A model generated the notes under the pieces. It did no database searches. It worked only from the letters and a program-made list of their open reading frames with translations, and had not been told where the DNA came from. The translations under genes and the position numbers were made by a program. Positions 33,240 through 42,914 of a stretch of DNA of 51,172 nucleotides are shown piece by piece (positions within the stretch are counted from its first letter, which is position 1; each line of letters opens with the position of its first letter). The stretch covers positions 1 through 51,172 of the forward strand of contig JBIOYL010000188.1 of assembly GCA_044870185.1 (NCBI GenBank), given 5' to 3'. This stretch comes from Actinomycetes bacterium (GTDB taxonomy: Bacteria > Actinomycetota > CALGFH01).

Positions 33240-36200
33240 CTAGGCGTCCTGCAACACGGTGTCCAATCCGAGCTCGAGGATGACGGCGTAGGTGGACTTG
33301 CTCAGGTCGACCAGGGCTTCGGCGCCCCGGGCGTGCATCAGGTCGGCGACGATGGCCCGCAGCTCGGCGTCACGGCCTTCGGCGGCGGCGATGCGCATGC
33401 GGTCCTGCCAGGGGTGATCGTCGGTGTGTTCGGGATCGGCCGTCCAGGCCCGGTCGACGGCCCAACGTGCGCCGTCGTGATCGCCTGCCTCCAGGCACAG
33501 GCCGACCAGGGTGTGTGCGGTGTCGACGATCGCGGCGGTCAGGTGGTACGGCGGGATCTCGCTGTTAGGCAGCCACGCGTACGGGGTGCGCTTGTTGCTG
33601 CCGTGACGGTGGTCGGCTCCGTCGAGCGGCACCCCGCGCACCAGTTCCAGGGCGGCGCGCAGGTCGGCTACGCCGGCGTTGCCGCGGGCCTCGCCGCGTG
33701 CACGGACGCGGCGGAACAGGTGCCAGTCCAACAGGTATCCGTCCTTGAGCCGGTAGGGAGCTTCGCCGGAGGAGTTGCCCGGCATCCACGGCTGCCCTTC
33801 GGGATCTTCGCCGAGCCAGCGCCGGACCCTGGACAACGCGACCCGCAGGCTGTTGCGGCCGATCGGCTCGTCCATCCACAGGTTGGCGATGATCTCTTCG
33901 GCGGTGGCGCCGCGGCGGCCGCGCTGGGCCAGGAAGACCACGACCTCGGCGTAGAACCTCAGCCGTTCGTCCGGGACGAAGCCAGGTGCCTCGACGACGA
34001 CGGAGCCGAGGATGCCGATGCAGGGACGGGTCTTCTCCGCATCGTTCCATGCGGCCAGATCGGCGTCCAGTGTCGGGTCGTCGGGCAGCGGCCGGCGAGC
34101 GGTGGCCGCGGCGGCGGCCAGCTGGCTGTGGCCGTTCACGCGTGCTACCGGCTCAGGAAGGAGGGCGGGCTCCTGCAGCTGGCCCTCGCCGCCCTCGCCG
34201 TCCCCTGTGTCGTCGGCGTCGGCGAACTCCTCGGCGATGCCGCCGAGCAGGTGGCCGTGGGCGTCGGTGCCGGCGGCCCACTCCTCGGCGGCGGCGGGGA
34301 CCGGTTCGTCGAAGGGGTAGTCGAACCCGTCGGGCAGATGGTCGAACACGGTGGTGCGCTGCGGGTGCGGGCGGGCTTTGGTGATGGTGGCCGCCAGGTC
34401 GGCGAGCTGGGCGGCGCTCAGTTGCGAGGCGCTGGTGTTCTGGGTGGCCAGCCACGGCATGGACACGTTGCCGTCGGCGTCGACGTGCAGGCTCCACGCG
34501 GTGGGCTGCGCGGTGATGGCGACGACGGCGACCATGCTGCGGGTGGCGTCCTTGAGCTGGCCGTCGAGCTGCTGCAGCGCGGCGGTGTGCGCCCCGTCCA
34601 GGTCGGAGACGAACAGCAGTTGCGGGGCCCAGGTCTGCCCTTCGTTGTGGTTGATCCGGCCGTCGAGCGCGTCGTGGGCACCGGCGTCGCGCAGGGCGCT
34701 GGCTCCGGCCTGGGCGCGGCGGCCCGCCCGGGCCAGCGCGTCTGCCACCGAGGTGTGGGCGCGCACCCGGCCTTCGTTGAGGGCGATCAGGGCGGCGGTG
34801 TCATCGGGGCTGAGCCCGGCGACCAGGACCACCGAATCGTCGCCCCAGCTGCTGGCGGCGGCCTCGGCGGCGAGATAGCGCAGCAGGTCCTGGCAGCGGC
34901 GCGGATCGCCGGTGATCGACAGCAGTCCGGCGCGTTCGGCGTCGATGAGCAGGTGGACCTGGTCGCCGTCCTGGCTGGCGGGCTGGGCGCCCAGGGTCAT
35001 CAGCGCCGGGGCGGGGCTGAGGTGTTCCTCGGGATCGACGTCGACGACGGTGCCGGCGGGCAGCGTCCAGGCGGCCGCTCCGGCGGCGGAGAACGGTGCC
35101 GGTGGTGTGCAGGGCGAGGCGAGGATGAACGACACGGTTTCCTGGTCGAGCCAGGCGGCGGCGATGTCGGGCAGGTCGGCGGGGGGCCGTCCCTGGGTGT
35201 GCTCGGCGACCAGTCGCAGCGCCGCGTCCAGGCGGCTGACGTCGGCGGGCCGGGCTGCGGCCCGGGCGGCGACCTCGACGGTGGCGTCGGCCGGGGTCGC
35301 GATGCGGCGGCCGGCCCGGCGGTGCTGCTGCTGGCTGCGGCGTCGGCGGCGCAGCAGCATGACCACCAGCCCGGACAGCAGGCTCGCCGCGGCCAGCCCG
35401 GACGCGACCGTGATCAGCTCGTCGCCGCTGTCGTCCTGGTCCTGCCCGGCGGGTGTCTGGGCGGGATCGGCGGCGGCCGGGGTGGCGGTGGCCGTGTTGG
35501 ACGGCAGGGCGCTGGGTTCCACGCTCGGTGCTGGGCTCGGGGTGATGCTTGGGGCCGGGGTCGGCTGGGTTGAGGGTTCGCCCGGGGTTTCGGCTGGCGG
35601 CTGCACGGGTGTGGCCGCTGCGGGCGGTGTCAGCGGCGTGGCCTTGCCGGTCGAGTGCCGGTTCTCGCCCCGGTCGTAGGCACCGGCCGGGAGTTTCAGC
35701 CGCCAGCCAGTCTCGATGTGGTCGGGGAAGTGCCGGGTGTGCTCGGCGTTGTGGCGGCCCGCGTACTGGGGGTTGAGTTTGGCGATCTCGGGATAGCGTT
35801 CGCCGTCGCCGAGGTAGCGCTGGGCGATGTAGAACAGCCAGTCGTTGCGGTCGACGGTGTAGACCAACTGTTGCTGCTCGCCCTGGACGGCTTGCTGGGT
35901 AACGTTTGCCGCCGCTGGGGCGGCCGTGGCGGTTGTGGTGCCCAGCGGGATGCGGACGGTCCAGCCCGCGCGGATGAGGGTCTGGCCGCGCTGCATGGTG
36001 CGCCCGTCCGGCTGGCGAAGGCCGTAGCTGGCTTCGGCGATCGCCTCGGGGGCCACGCCGTACCGGTCGGCCACGTCCAGCAGCGCCTCGGTGCGGGTGG
36101 CGGTGTGCTCGACGAAACGTGGGCCTGTCCGCTCGCTGGCGGGGGTGGTCCGCTGGCCGGCGGTGTCGGTGTCCAGGTGCGGTGCGTCGACCACGAGGAC

Positions 36201-36611
36201 CACGGGTGTGGTGGCGGTGAACGCGGCCTGGGCGGAGGCGGCGGCGGGGCTGACGATCGCGCTGACGATGGCGGCGATCAGGGCGGCGCAAACGCGCTGC
36301 TGCAGCCGCAGGCCGAGTACGCGGGGCCGCCATCCGGCCAGGTGGCTGACGATCTCGATGAGGAACGCCAGCGCGAAGGTGGCCCAGCCTGCCCAGCCGA
36401 TCCACACGAGGGCTCCGGTGAGCAGAGTGCCGTCATCGGGGCGGGCCACGGCGGCGAGCAGGTCGTCGAGCTGGCCCAGGTCCTGCAGCGGGTTGCCGGT
36501 CAACAGGTACAGCGCGGCCGGGATCCCGGCGAGCAGCGCTGCGAGGGTGAGCAGGGCAGCCAGGCCGCCCGCCAGCCGGGCGGCCGGTCCACGGGTGGTG
36601 TGGCGTGCCAT
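33240..36611 (-). CDS. Membrane-anchored LysM-repeat protein fused to a SARP-type wHTH + BTAD regulator domain (1123 aa)
   Basis: N-terminal TM segments; two LysM-like modules (YTVDRNDWLFYIAQRYLG...); a Pro/Thr/Ala linker; a TM followed by RRRRR; and a C-terminal wHTH/BTAD (LRVALSRVRRWLG...LDWHLF...AALELVRG). The ATG overlaps the upstream stop. Confidence 0.85.
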   Translation of the reverse strand: MARHTTRGPAARLAGGLAALLTLAALLAGIPAALYLLTGNPLQDLGQLDDLLAAVARPDDGTLLTGALVWIGWAGWATFALAFLIEIVSHLAGWRPRVLGLRLQQRVCAALIAAIVSAIVSPAAASAQAAFTATTPVVLVVDAPHLDTDTAGQRTTPASERTGPRFVEHTATRTEALLDVADRYGVAPEAIAEASYGLRQPDGRTMQRGQTLIRAGWTVRIPLGTTTATAAPAAANVTQQAVQGEQQQLVYTVDRNDWLFYIAQRYLGDGERYPEIAKLNPQYAGRHNAEHTRHFPDHIETGWRLKLPAGAYDRGENRHSTGKATPLTPPAAATPVQPPAETPGEPSTQPTPAPSITPSPAPSVEPSALPSNTATATPAAADPAQTPAGQDQDDSGDELITVASGLAAASLLSGLVVMLLRRRRRSQQQHRRAGRRIATPADATVEVAARAAARPADVSRLDAALRLVAEHTQGRPPADLPDIAAAWLDQETVSFILASPCTPPAPFSAAGAAAWTLPAGTVVDVDPEEHLSPAPALMTLGAQPASQDGDQVHLLIDAERAGLLSITGDPRRCQDLLRYLAAEAAASSWGDDSVVLVAGLSPDDTAALIALNEGRVRAHTSVADALARAGRRAQAGASALRDAGAHDALDGRINHNEGQTWAPQLLFVSDLDGAHTAALQQLDGQLKDATRSMVAVVAITAQPTAWSLHVDADGNVSMPWLATQNTSASQLSAAQLADLAATITKARPHPQRTTVFDHLPDGFDYPFDEPVPAAAEEWAAGTDAHGHLLGGIAEEFADADDTGDGEGGEGQLQEPALLPEPVARVNGHSQLAAAAATARRPLPDDPTLDADLAAWNDAEKTRPCIGILGSVVVEAPGFVPDERLRFYAEVVVFLAQRGRRGATAEEIIANLWMDEPIGRNSLRVALSRVRRWLGEDPEGQPWMPGNSSGEAPYRLKDGYLLDWHLFRRVRARGEARGNAGVADLRAALELVRGVPLDGADHRHGSNKRTPYAWLPNSEIPPYHLTAAIVDTAHTLVGLCLEAGDHDGARWAVDRAWTADPEHTDDHPWQDRMRIAAAEGRDAELRAIVADLMHARGAEALVDLSKSTYAVILELGLDTVLQDA

Positions 36612-37060
36612 CAGCCCACCACCAGCGCGGCGGTGGCGGTGCCGCTGACGGTGAAGCTGTTCACGCCGACGATCTGCAGGGTGAACGTCGGCTGGGCGAT
36701 GGTGATCGTGACGGTGATGTGCTGCAGGTCGGGGCTGATGGCGCAGGACGCTGGGGTGCACACGGGGAACCCGGCATCGATCAGGTAGGCGTTGACCGCG
36801 GCGATGGCGGCGTCGGGGTCGACCTGCTTGGTGCCGCCGGGCACGGCCTCGGTGAAGTCGATGGCCTGGCCTCCGGCGCGGGCCGCTTCGCGGGCGATGT
36901 TGGCGGCGCGTTCCCTGGCGCGGGTGTGTGCTGAGGAGTCGGCGCCGAACCCGACCAGGGCGATCAGCATCGGGTAGGTGATCGCGAAGAAGATCGTCAT
37001 GCTGCCCCGGTCCGTTCGGCGGCGGGGGCGGCGCAGCGCTCTACGCACAAGCTCAGTCAT
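36611..37060 (-). CDS. TadE/TadG-like pseudopilin
   Basis: RGSMTIFFAITYPMLIALVGFG N-terminal signature. ATGA-type coupling on both sides. Confidence 0.7.
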   Translation of the reverse strand: MTELVRRALRRPRRRTDRGSMTIFFAITYPMLIALVGFGADSSAHTRARERAANIAREAARAGGQAIDFTEAVPGGTKQVDPDAAIAAVNAYLIDAGFPVCTPASCAISPDLQHITVTITIAQPTFTLQIVGVNSFTVSGTATAALVVG

Positions 37061-37494
37061 GATCTCGCTCGGTATCTGTCGATGGGTGAGGTGTACTGAG
37101 CCCAGACCAGCCGTTGTCCGGGCATGCCGGGCAGGGCGACGTCGCTGAGGCTGACCAGGCAGGAGATGCGGACGGTGACGTTGGCAGGCTGGCCGACCGG
37201 GTTGGCGAACTGGGCGACGTCGACGTCCACGGTGGGGGCGGCGGCGCAGTGCAGGTCTTGGGCGGCCAGAGTGGCCAGCGCGGAGGTGCGGGCCCGGTCG
37301 CGGGCGGTGGCGGGGTCGCGCGATTGTGACGCGGCTCGGGCGGAGGCGTACGCGGCGGCGTCGACGGCGGCCGCGGCGAACTCGGTTCGATTGACCACCC
37401 AGCTGAAGCTGATGGTCAGCATGAACATGGGGAACAGCATCGCCAGGGAGATGACGATCGAGCCGCGCTCGTCGCGGTGCCGCCGGCGGGTCAT
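37057..37494 (-). CDS. TadE-like pseudopilin
   Basis: ERGSIVISLAMLFPMFML N-terminal TadE motif. Confidence 0.75.
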   Translation of the reverse strand: MTRRRHRDERGSIVISLAMLFPMFMLTISFSWVVNRTEFAAAAVDAAAYASARAASQSRDPATARDRARTSALATLAAQDLHCAAAPTVDVDVAQFANPVGQPANVTVRISCLVSLSDVALPGMPGQRLVWAQYTSPIDRYRARS

Positions 37495-37916
37495 GGTGTG
37501 GCCTCGGTGGTGAAGCGTTCGATGCTGGCGTAACCGGTCTGGGAGATGTTGAAGCGCAGGCCGAGCCAGCCGACGACGGTGCCGGAGACGGTGACCCGCA
37601 CATCGGTGGCGCTGCGGTTGACGACCACGTTCTGGTCGAGGATCAGCTGGCTGTCGGCGGCCAGGAAGTTGCTGGCGGTGGCGGCAGCGGTGCCACTGGG
37701 GGCCTGGTAGGCGGCCTCGGCCGTGGCGGCCTGCTGCGCCGCTGCCCGGGCCTCGTCCTTGGCCTTGTGGATGAACATGACCTGGACGCCGATGAGCACG
37801 GAGAAGATCGCCAGCGGCCACAGGATGGCCGTGGGGATCACTTCGCCGCGGTCGCCGCGCAGCTGACGCCGGGCCCGGATGCGGGCCCGGCGCAGCATGC
37901 GGTGTAGGTAGCTCAC
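37491..37916 (-). CDS. TadE-like pseudopilin
   Basis: DRGEVIPTAILWPLAIFSVLIG N-terminal TadE motif. Confidence 0.75.
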   Translation of the reverse strand: MSYLHRMLRRARIRARRQLRGDRGEVIPTAILWPLAIFSVLIGVQVMFIHKAKDEARAAAQQAATAEAAYQAPSGTAAATASNFLAADSQLILDQNVVVNRSATDVRVTVSGTVVGWLGLRFNISQTGYASIERFTTEATP

Positions 37917-38125
37917 TACGGGATGGTGGGCAGGGCCGGAGCGGGCCAGATGTTCAGCCAGGCACCCAGGTAGGCACCACCGGCCACCAGCAGCAGCCCG
38001 GCGAGGGCGGCGACGCCGACGTAGATGACCGTGTTAGAGACCAGCCCTTCCCCCCGGTCGTTGGAAAGTGATGCGGTGTGTGCCTTCCACCGCAGCTGGA
38101 GGTTCACCAGCGGTCGGTACAACAT
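37916..38125 (-). CDS. flp: Flp-like pilin candidate (non-canonical)
   Basis: 69 aa with AAGGAGG SD. NDRGEG followed by the hydrophobic stretch LVSNTVIYVGVAALAGLLLVAGG, at the pilin position between tadC and tadE. Lacks the canonical Glu-Tyr pair. Confidence 0.5.
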   Translation of the reverse strand: MLYRPLVNLQLRWKAHTASLSNDRGEGLVSNTVIYVGVAALAGLLLVAGGAYLGAWLNIWPAPALPTIP

Positions 38126-38162
38126 GTTGCGTGGCCTCCTTGCGTCATTGGTGCGGGGTTTG

Positions 38163-39035
38163 TCAGCGCCCAGGCGGCGTGACGGTGATGGTGGCGATGT
38201 AGGGGTAGAGCATCAGCACCATGAGGACGATCAGCACGAGTGCGACCGGTGCCTCCATCGCCGTGGTGCGGCTGTTGGCTGCGGTGAGCTGGTCGTTGAG
38301 GACCTGCTTGCGCAGCGACCGGGCGCGGGCCCGCAGTGACTGGTAGACGTGGGCGCCGGAGACACCGGCGGCCTGCATGACATCGCCGACTCCGGCGAGC
38401 TCGTCGACTCCGAGCTCACCGCCGAGGTTGCGCAGCCCTTCCCACGGCTCCACTCCCTGCAGCTGGGCGCGCAGCAGGGTCTCGCGGATGCGCTCGAAGA
38501 CCCAGCCCCGGCCGATGCTGGCGGCGCGCATGAGCGCGGCGGCCGAACCGTAGCCGTTGTAGTGCATGGTGGCGACGAGATCGAGGTAGGAGCAGATCGC
38601 CTGCCTGCACTCGCGGCGGGCCGCCTCGGCTTTGCGTTTGACGTCGGCGATGCCGATCCACACGAACCCGGCGGCCATCGCCAGCGTGACCACGACCGGG
38701 GTGACGATCCCGAACCGCAGCCCGACCAGCGCGAGCAGCAGCGACCCGGCGGTCGGCAGGGCCAGGCCGATCGCCGCGGTGGCGGCAAGGCCCAGCACGA
38801 ACTCCTCGGTGCTCTTGCCCAGGATGCGCAGGTCGGCGGCGGGGGCGTACGGGGCCACCCGCTGGTGCAGGCCGCGTTTGATCCGGTCGCTGCGGGTGTT
38901 GCTGACCGCCGCCGCCCGCGGCGACAGCACCGCCCCGAGCGCCGGCGTGCTGGGCATGACGGCGTACAGCGCGAGCCAGACAGCCAAACCGAATCCGGCG
39001 CCGAACAGTGCGGCCAGCGTCGCAGTGCTGATCAT
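38163..39035 (-). CDS. tadC: TadC-like inner-membrane platform protein (T2SS-F family)
   Basis: Polytopic, 290 aa, ATGA-coupled to tadB. The listed 637-aa ORF is over-extended. Confidence 0.8.
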   Translation of the reverse strand: MISTATLAALFGAGFGLAVWLALYAVMPSTPALGAVLSPRAAAVSNTRSDRIKRGLHQRVAPYAPAADLRILGKSTEEFVLGLAATAAIGLALPTAGSLLLALVGLRFGIVTPVVVTLAMAAGFVWIGIADVKRKAEAARRECRQAICSYLDLVATMHYNGYGSAAALMRAASIGRGWVFERIRETLLRAQLQGVEPWEGLRNLGGELGVDELAGVGDVMQAAGVSGAHVYQSLRARARSLRKQVLNDQLTAANSRTTAMEAPVALVLIVLMVLMLYPYIATITVTPPGR

Positions 39036-39931
39036 CGCCGGTCCTCCTGGTGTCCTGGCTGCGGGGCGAGGAAACGGTTCTGTGTGCCCGGCATCGACAG
39101 CGACCGGACCCACCACAGCAGCAGCACGATCACGCCGAGCAGGACGGACAGCAGGATGGTGCCGAAGGTGGTGCGGTAGGCGCGCATGAGGTGCGGGCTG
39201 GCGATGCCGAGCAGGATCGCCCCGCCCAGCGCCCACATCAGGAACTTCAGCTCGAACCGCGACTTGGCCCTGCTCTTGGTGACTTCCTGCCGTCCGGCGA
39301 CCTCCTCGGCGGCGGTCTCGGCGATGGCGACCAGGGCCTCGCCGAGCTTTTCGCCCTGCGAGGTGGCGTGCTCGATGAGGGTGACCACTACCTGGTCGGC
39401 GATGTGGTCGCCGAGGTCGTCGGCGAAGGCGCGCAGCGCCTCCTCCAGGTCCCATCCGGCGCGGATGCGTCCGGCCAGATCGGCCACCTCCGTGGCGATC
39501 GCCTTGGGTGCCTTGTCGGCCGTCTTGAGGATCGACTCGCGCAGGCCGCTTCCCACGTCGTCCTGGTCGCGCATCTGCCGGGCCCAGAACTCGACCGCTT
39601 CGATGCGGGCGGCTCCGGCCTTTTCCATCTTGGCCCCGGCCAGCAGCCACGGCAGGCCGATGACCGCCAGCCCGGCGAGGGCTCCGGCGAGGAACACGCC
39701 CGACAGCAGCCACCCGGCGAGCGCGACGGCGGCGGCGATGCCGAGCCGGGTGCGGTGGCGCTGCTGGTCGCGGCGGGTCCGGCCGGTGCCGTACCAGATC
39801 CGGTTGACCAGCCGCCGGGTCCGCGATACCGGGGCCGGCGGCTTGGCGGTGCCGATCAGCGCGACGACGGCGAGCCCGGTGCTGAGCACCAGGCCGAAGC
39901 CGATGAGGGTGGCCAGGATGCGCAGGTTCAT
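39032..39931 (-). CDS. tadB: TadB-like inner-membrane platform protein (T2SS-F family)
   Basis: Polytopic, 299 aa, ATGA-coupled to tadA. Confidence 0.8.
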   Translation of the reverse strand: MNLRILATLIGFGLVLSTGLAVVALIGTAKPPAPVSRTRRLVNRIWYGTGRTRRDQQRHRTRLGIAAAVALAGWLLSGVFLAGALAGLAVIGLPWLLAGAKMEKAGAARIEAVEFWARQMRDQDDVGSGLRESILKTADKAPKAIATEVADLAGRIRAGWDLEEALRAFADDLGDHIADQVVVTLIEHATSQGEKLGEALVAIAETAAEEVAGRQEVTKSRAKSRFELKFLMWALGGAILLGIASPHLMRAYRTTFGTILLSVLLGVIVLLLWWVRSLSMPGTQNRFLAPQPGHQEDRR

Positions 39932-41454
39932 GACGGCCGCCTGCGCAGTTTGCGGTCCAGGGGCCGGCCCCACTGTCCCTGGCCACGATGCTGGACCAGC
40001 TGCGCGGTGTCGTAGCCGACCAGTTGCAGCGCCTCGGCGAGCCGGTCCGGCGGGTTGTCCGGCACGCCCCGCCCATCCGGGCCTGGCCCGAAGATCGTCG
40101 TGGTGCGCGGGCGGCCGTTGTCGCCGATCCGGTCGACCTCCACGATGTGGCTGACGAACCGGTGCCGAGTGCCGCCGAGGTTGGACTCGTCGATGATGCG
40201 CACGAACACGATCAGGTCCATGGCGTTGGCGACCTGCAGGTAGACCCGGCGTTCGCTGGCGTTGTCCTGGTCTTCGAGCGCGAGTTCGACCACGCGGTCG
40301 AACACGATCCGGGGGTCGCGGGCGTGGATGGTCGACAGGCTGCCGTTGCTGGTGCTCATCGCCTGCAGCATGGCGCCGACCTCGCGGCCGCGGACCTCGC
40401 CGACGATGAGCCGCCGGGCGTTGAGCTGCAGGCTGACCGGGATCATGTCGGAGAGCCGGATCTGGCCGGCGGGGCGGCCGTCGGGGCCCTTCTCCCCGTG
40501 GCCGTCGCGGGCTTGCATCGCCACGGCCCAGGGGTGTCGGCCGGTCTCGTGCAGGCCGAGTTCGGGGATCTCCTCCATCACCACGAACCATTCGCTGGCC
40601 GGGATCTCGTCGGCCAGCGCCCGGACCAGGGTCGTCTTACCGCTGCCGCCGACCCCGGCGACCATGATGTTGAGGTGGGCGCGCATCGCCGCGCGCAGGA
40701 AGTCGCGCATCAGCGGGTCGATCATCGCGGACTTGTCCGGGGAGATCTGGTCGAAGTTGACCAGATCGTCGAGGGTGACGCCGATGGTGCCGGGGATGCG
40801 GATGACGGCGACCGGTTCCGGGGTGACGCCGTAGACGGCGGCCAGCCGCTGGCCGCTGCCCAGTTGCACGCTCATCATCGGCCAGGCGTCGCCGAACGCC
40901 TTCTCCCCCGCGCCGCCGTTGCGGGCCAGCAGCTGCAACTTTTTGATCAGGTCGGGGTCCGTGTCGGCGATGGCGTCGAGGTATTCGATGCCGCCGTCGG
41001 TGCGCTCGATGCGTACACCGCTGTGGCCTTTGATGGTGATGTTCTCGATGTCGGTGCGCGACAGCAGCATGTGCAGCCGGCCCAGGCCCGCGAGCTCGGC
41101 GAGGACGGCCTGGATGAGGTCGTGCTCGTGGTCGGGTGAGAGCGGCTCGCCGGCGGTGCGGCGCTGGTCGACGTGCGCGCCCACGATGCGGGTGGTGGCC
41201 CGTTCCCGTTCCAGCTGTTCGCGGCTGGGTTCGAGTGTGCCTTTGGCCAGCAGCGGCGCGAGGTCGGCGCTGACCTGCCGTTGCAGTTCGCGTACCACCG
41301 TGTAGTCGAGTTCGGTGGTGGTGGGGGCCGCAGCGGCCGGGCGGCCCCCACCGGGCCTGATCGGCGGCTCGGCAGTTATCACCGTGCCGTTAACCCGTCG
41401 GGTGATCGCCTCGCGGAACGCCGCGGGCCAGGCCGGATCAATGTGGTCACTCAT
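39928..41454 (-). CDS. tadA: CpaF/TadA secretion ATPase
   Basis: Walker A VAGVGGSGKTTL, Asp box, Walker B and His box typical of VirB11/CpaF ATPases. Confidence 0.95.
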   Translation of the reverse strand: MSDHIDPAWPAAFREAITRRVNGTVITAEPPIRPGGGRPAAAAPTTTELDYTVVRELQRQVSADLAPLLAKGTLEPSREQLERERATTRIVGAHVDQRRTAGEPLSPDHEHDLIQAVLAELAGLGRLHMLLSRTDIENITIKGHSGVRIERTDGGIEYLDAIADTDPDLIKKLQLLARNGGAGEKAFGDAWPMMSVQLGSGQRLAAVYGVTPEPVAVIRIPGTIGVTLDDLVNFDQISPDKSAMIDPLMRDFLRAAMRAHLNIMVAGVGGSGKTTLVRALADEIPASEWFVVMEEIPELGLHETGRHPWAVAMQARDGHGEKGPDGRPAGQIRLSDMIPVSLQLNARRLIVGEVRGREVGAMLQAMSTSNGSLSTIHARDPRIVFDRVVELALEDQDNASERRVYLQVANAMDLIVFVRIIDESNLGGTRHRFVSHIVEVDRIGDNGRPRTTTIFGPGPDGRGVPDNPPDRLAEALQLVGYDTAQLVQHRGQGQWGRPLDRKLRRRPS

Positions 41455-42262
41455 GGGTCGCCTCCGCCGCTACGGAGTGGTGCAGCAGCGCCTGTACCTG
41501 GGCGGCGCGGTCCCGCACGGCCCGGGCAGCGCCGATGGCCGCCCGCAGCAGGCCGCGCTTGTAGAGGTTGCCGCCGAAGCTGAGCACGGCGGCTGATTTG
41601 GGGTCGTGCGGAAGCGCGGCGACGACCTCCGGGGTGAAGCCGTCGCCGCTGGTCAGATGGCGTTCGATCTCGCGCGGCTGGTAGTCGCCCTCGCCGGTGA
41701 GCAGCAGCGCCAGCGGCCGGTCCCCGGCGCCGCGCTGGCGCAGGTCGGCGCGGATGGCGGCCAGCGCATGGCTGGTGCTGGCGATCGAGGCGGCGGTGGG
41801 CCGGGCGACCACGAGCACCGCGTCGGCGCGGCGCAGGATCGGCCACGGCGCGTGCGGCGTCGTCAGTCGCCCGCAGTCGACGATGACGTCGTAGCCGGGG
41901 GCGGTGGCGGCCAGCGAGTGGAACAGCCCGGCCAGGCCCTCCCACACCGGTTCCAGGCTTGGGGCCTGCCCGGCGTGGGTCAGCCCGGGCAGTAGCCGCC
42001 GGGTCCGGCGGGGCCCGTCGAGGTCGACCAGGTTGTGCCAGAGCTGGTCTGGGGCGGTGCCGCGCAGCTCGGCGATGGCGACCGGCATGAGGCCGATGTC
42101 GCCGGGCAGGTCGACGCTGCGCAGGTAGCCGTGCCGGATGTCGCCGCCGGCCGGATCCGCCTCGGCGAGGACGACCGGGTGCGGCCACGCGAAGGTCAGC
42201 GCGAGGCCGGACACGGTGACCCCGGGCGAGCCCTTCCCCGCGATCAGTGCGATCACTGCCAT
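41447..42262 (-). CDS. tadZ: TadZ/CpaE-like ParA/MinD-fold protein with degenerate Walker A
   Basis: IALIAGKGSPGVTV in place of KGGxGKT; located between cpaB and tadA. Confidence 0.7.
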   Translation of the reverse strand: MAVIALIAGKGSPGVTVSGLALTFAWPHPVVLAEADPAGGDIRHGYLRSVDLPGDIGLMPVAIAELRGTAPDQLWHNLVDLDGPRRTRRLLPGLTHAGQAPSLEPVWEGLAGLFHSLAATAPGYDVIVDCGRLTTPHAPWPILRRADAVLVVARPTAASIASTSHALAAIRADLRQRGAGDRPLALLLTGEGDYQPREIERHLTSGDGFTPEVVAALPHDPKSAAVLSFGGNLYKRGLLRAAIGAARAVRDRAAQVQALLHHSVAAEATHE

Positions 42263-42266
42263 GCCG

Positions 42267-42914
42267 TCAGCTCCCGGCCAGGGTGACCACGAGGCGGCCT
42301 TCGGCGGCCAGCCGGGCGGCGGTCGGCCCGTCGCTGTCGGCCACGGCAACCGAGATCAGGGTGTCGTTGTTGACCGCGATCGCGACGACCACGGTGGCGG
42401 GGATCTCCGGCAGGGGCGGCGGCGGGTTACCGGAGGCGCCGCTTTGCGGTGGCGCGGTGGCCACCAGGACGACCTTCGCGCCGGGCTTGAGGCCGGGCGG
42501 GACGCGGCCGGGCTTGAGCGAGATCCCGACCAGCTGCTGCCCGTCGCCGGGCAGCGCCGTCTCGGCCAGCGCCCGGTCGGTTAGCAGGGTTCCGGCGGTG
42601 AGGTTGGTCAGCGCGTACCGGCCCACGACACTGGTCTGCTTGGTGGCCGGGATCGGTGCGAGCCCGGGGTCGCTGTTGATGTAGACGGTGCGCAGGTCGG
42701 CGGCGGTGATCTGCTGGCCGATCGCGACGTCTCGGGCCAGCGCCAGAACCGGTTTCGCCTTGGCCACGCCGAGGACCAGCCCGGCGGTGGCCAGCGCGAA
42801 CACGGCCATGAGCGCGATCGCCAGGCCGAGCAGGCCACGTGAGATGCGCCGTTGCCGCACCGCCCGGACCGGGATGCTCTGCTGGGCGGTGGGGGTGGTT
42901 GACTGAAGACTCAT
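42267..42914 (-). CDS. cpaB: CpaB/RcpC-like SAF-domain pilus assembly protein
   Basis: N-terminal TM, then a SAF-like segment LALARDVAIGQQITAADL. Confidence 0.8.
   Translation of the reverse strand: MSLQSTTPTAQQSIPVRAVRQRRISRGLLGLAIALMAVFALATAGLVLGVAKAKPVLALARDVAIGQQITAADLRTVYINSDPGLAPIPATKQTSVVGRYALTNLTAGTLLTDRALAETALPGDGQQLVGISLKPGRVPPGLKPGAKVVLVATAPPQSGASGNPPPPLPEIPATVVVAIAVNNDTLISVAVADSDGPTAARLAAEGRLVVTLAGS

Noticed and set aside
19452-33240. Calling a complete prophage or AICE
   Set aside because: There are no capsid, terminase or tail genes, no FtsK-like TraB and no Rep gene. I could not identify att repeats by eye. Only remnants or modules are supported.
32925-35573. 882-aa plus-strand ORF
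   Set aside because: It is antisense to the LysM-SARP gene. The translation is Gly/Arg/Val/Ala low-complexity, typical of high-GC shadow frames. The opposite strand has recognisable domains.
38163-40591. Listed 637-aa and 519-aa ORFs for tadC and tadB
   Set aside because: Their N-terminal halves are Arg/Pro/Gly junk that overlaps the upstream genes. Both were trimmed to the ATGA-coupled internal ATGs, which give typical ~290-300-aa T2SS-F proteins.
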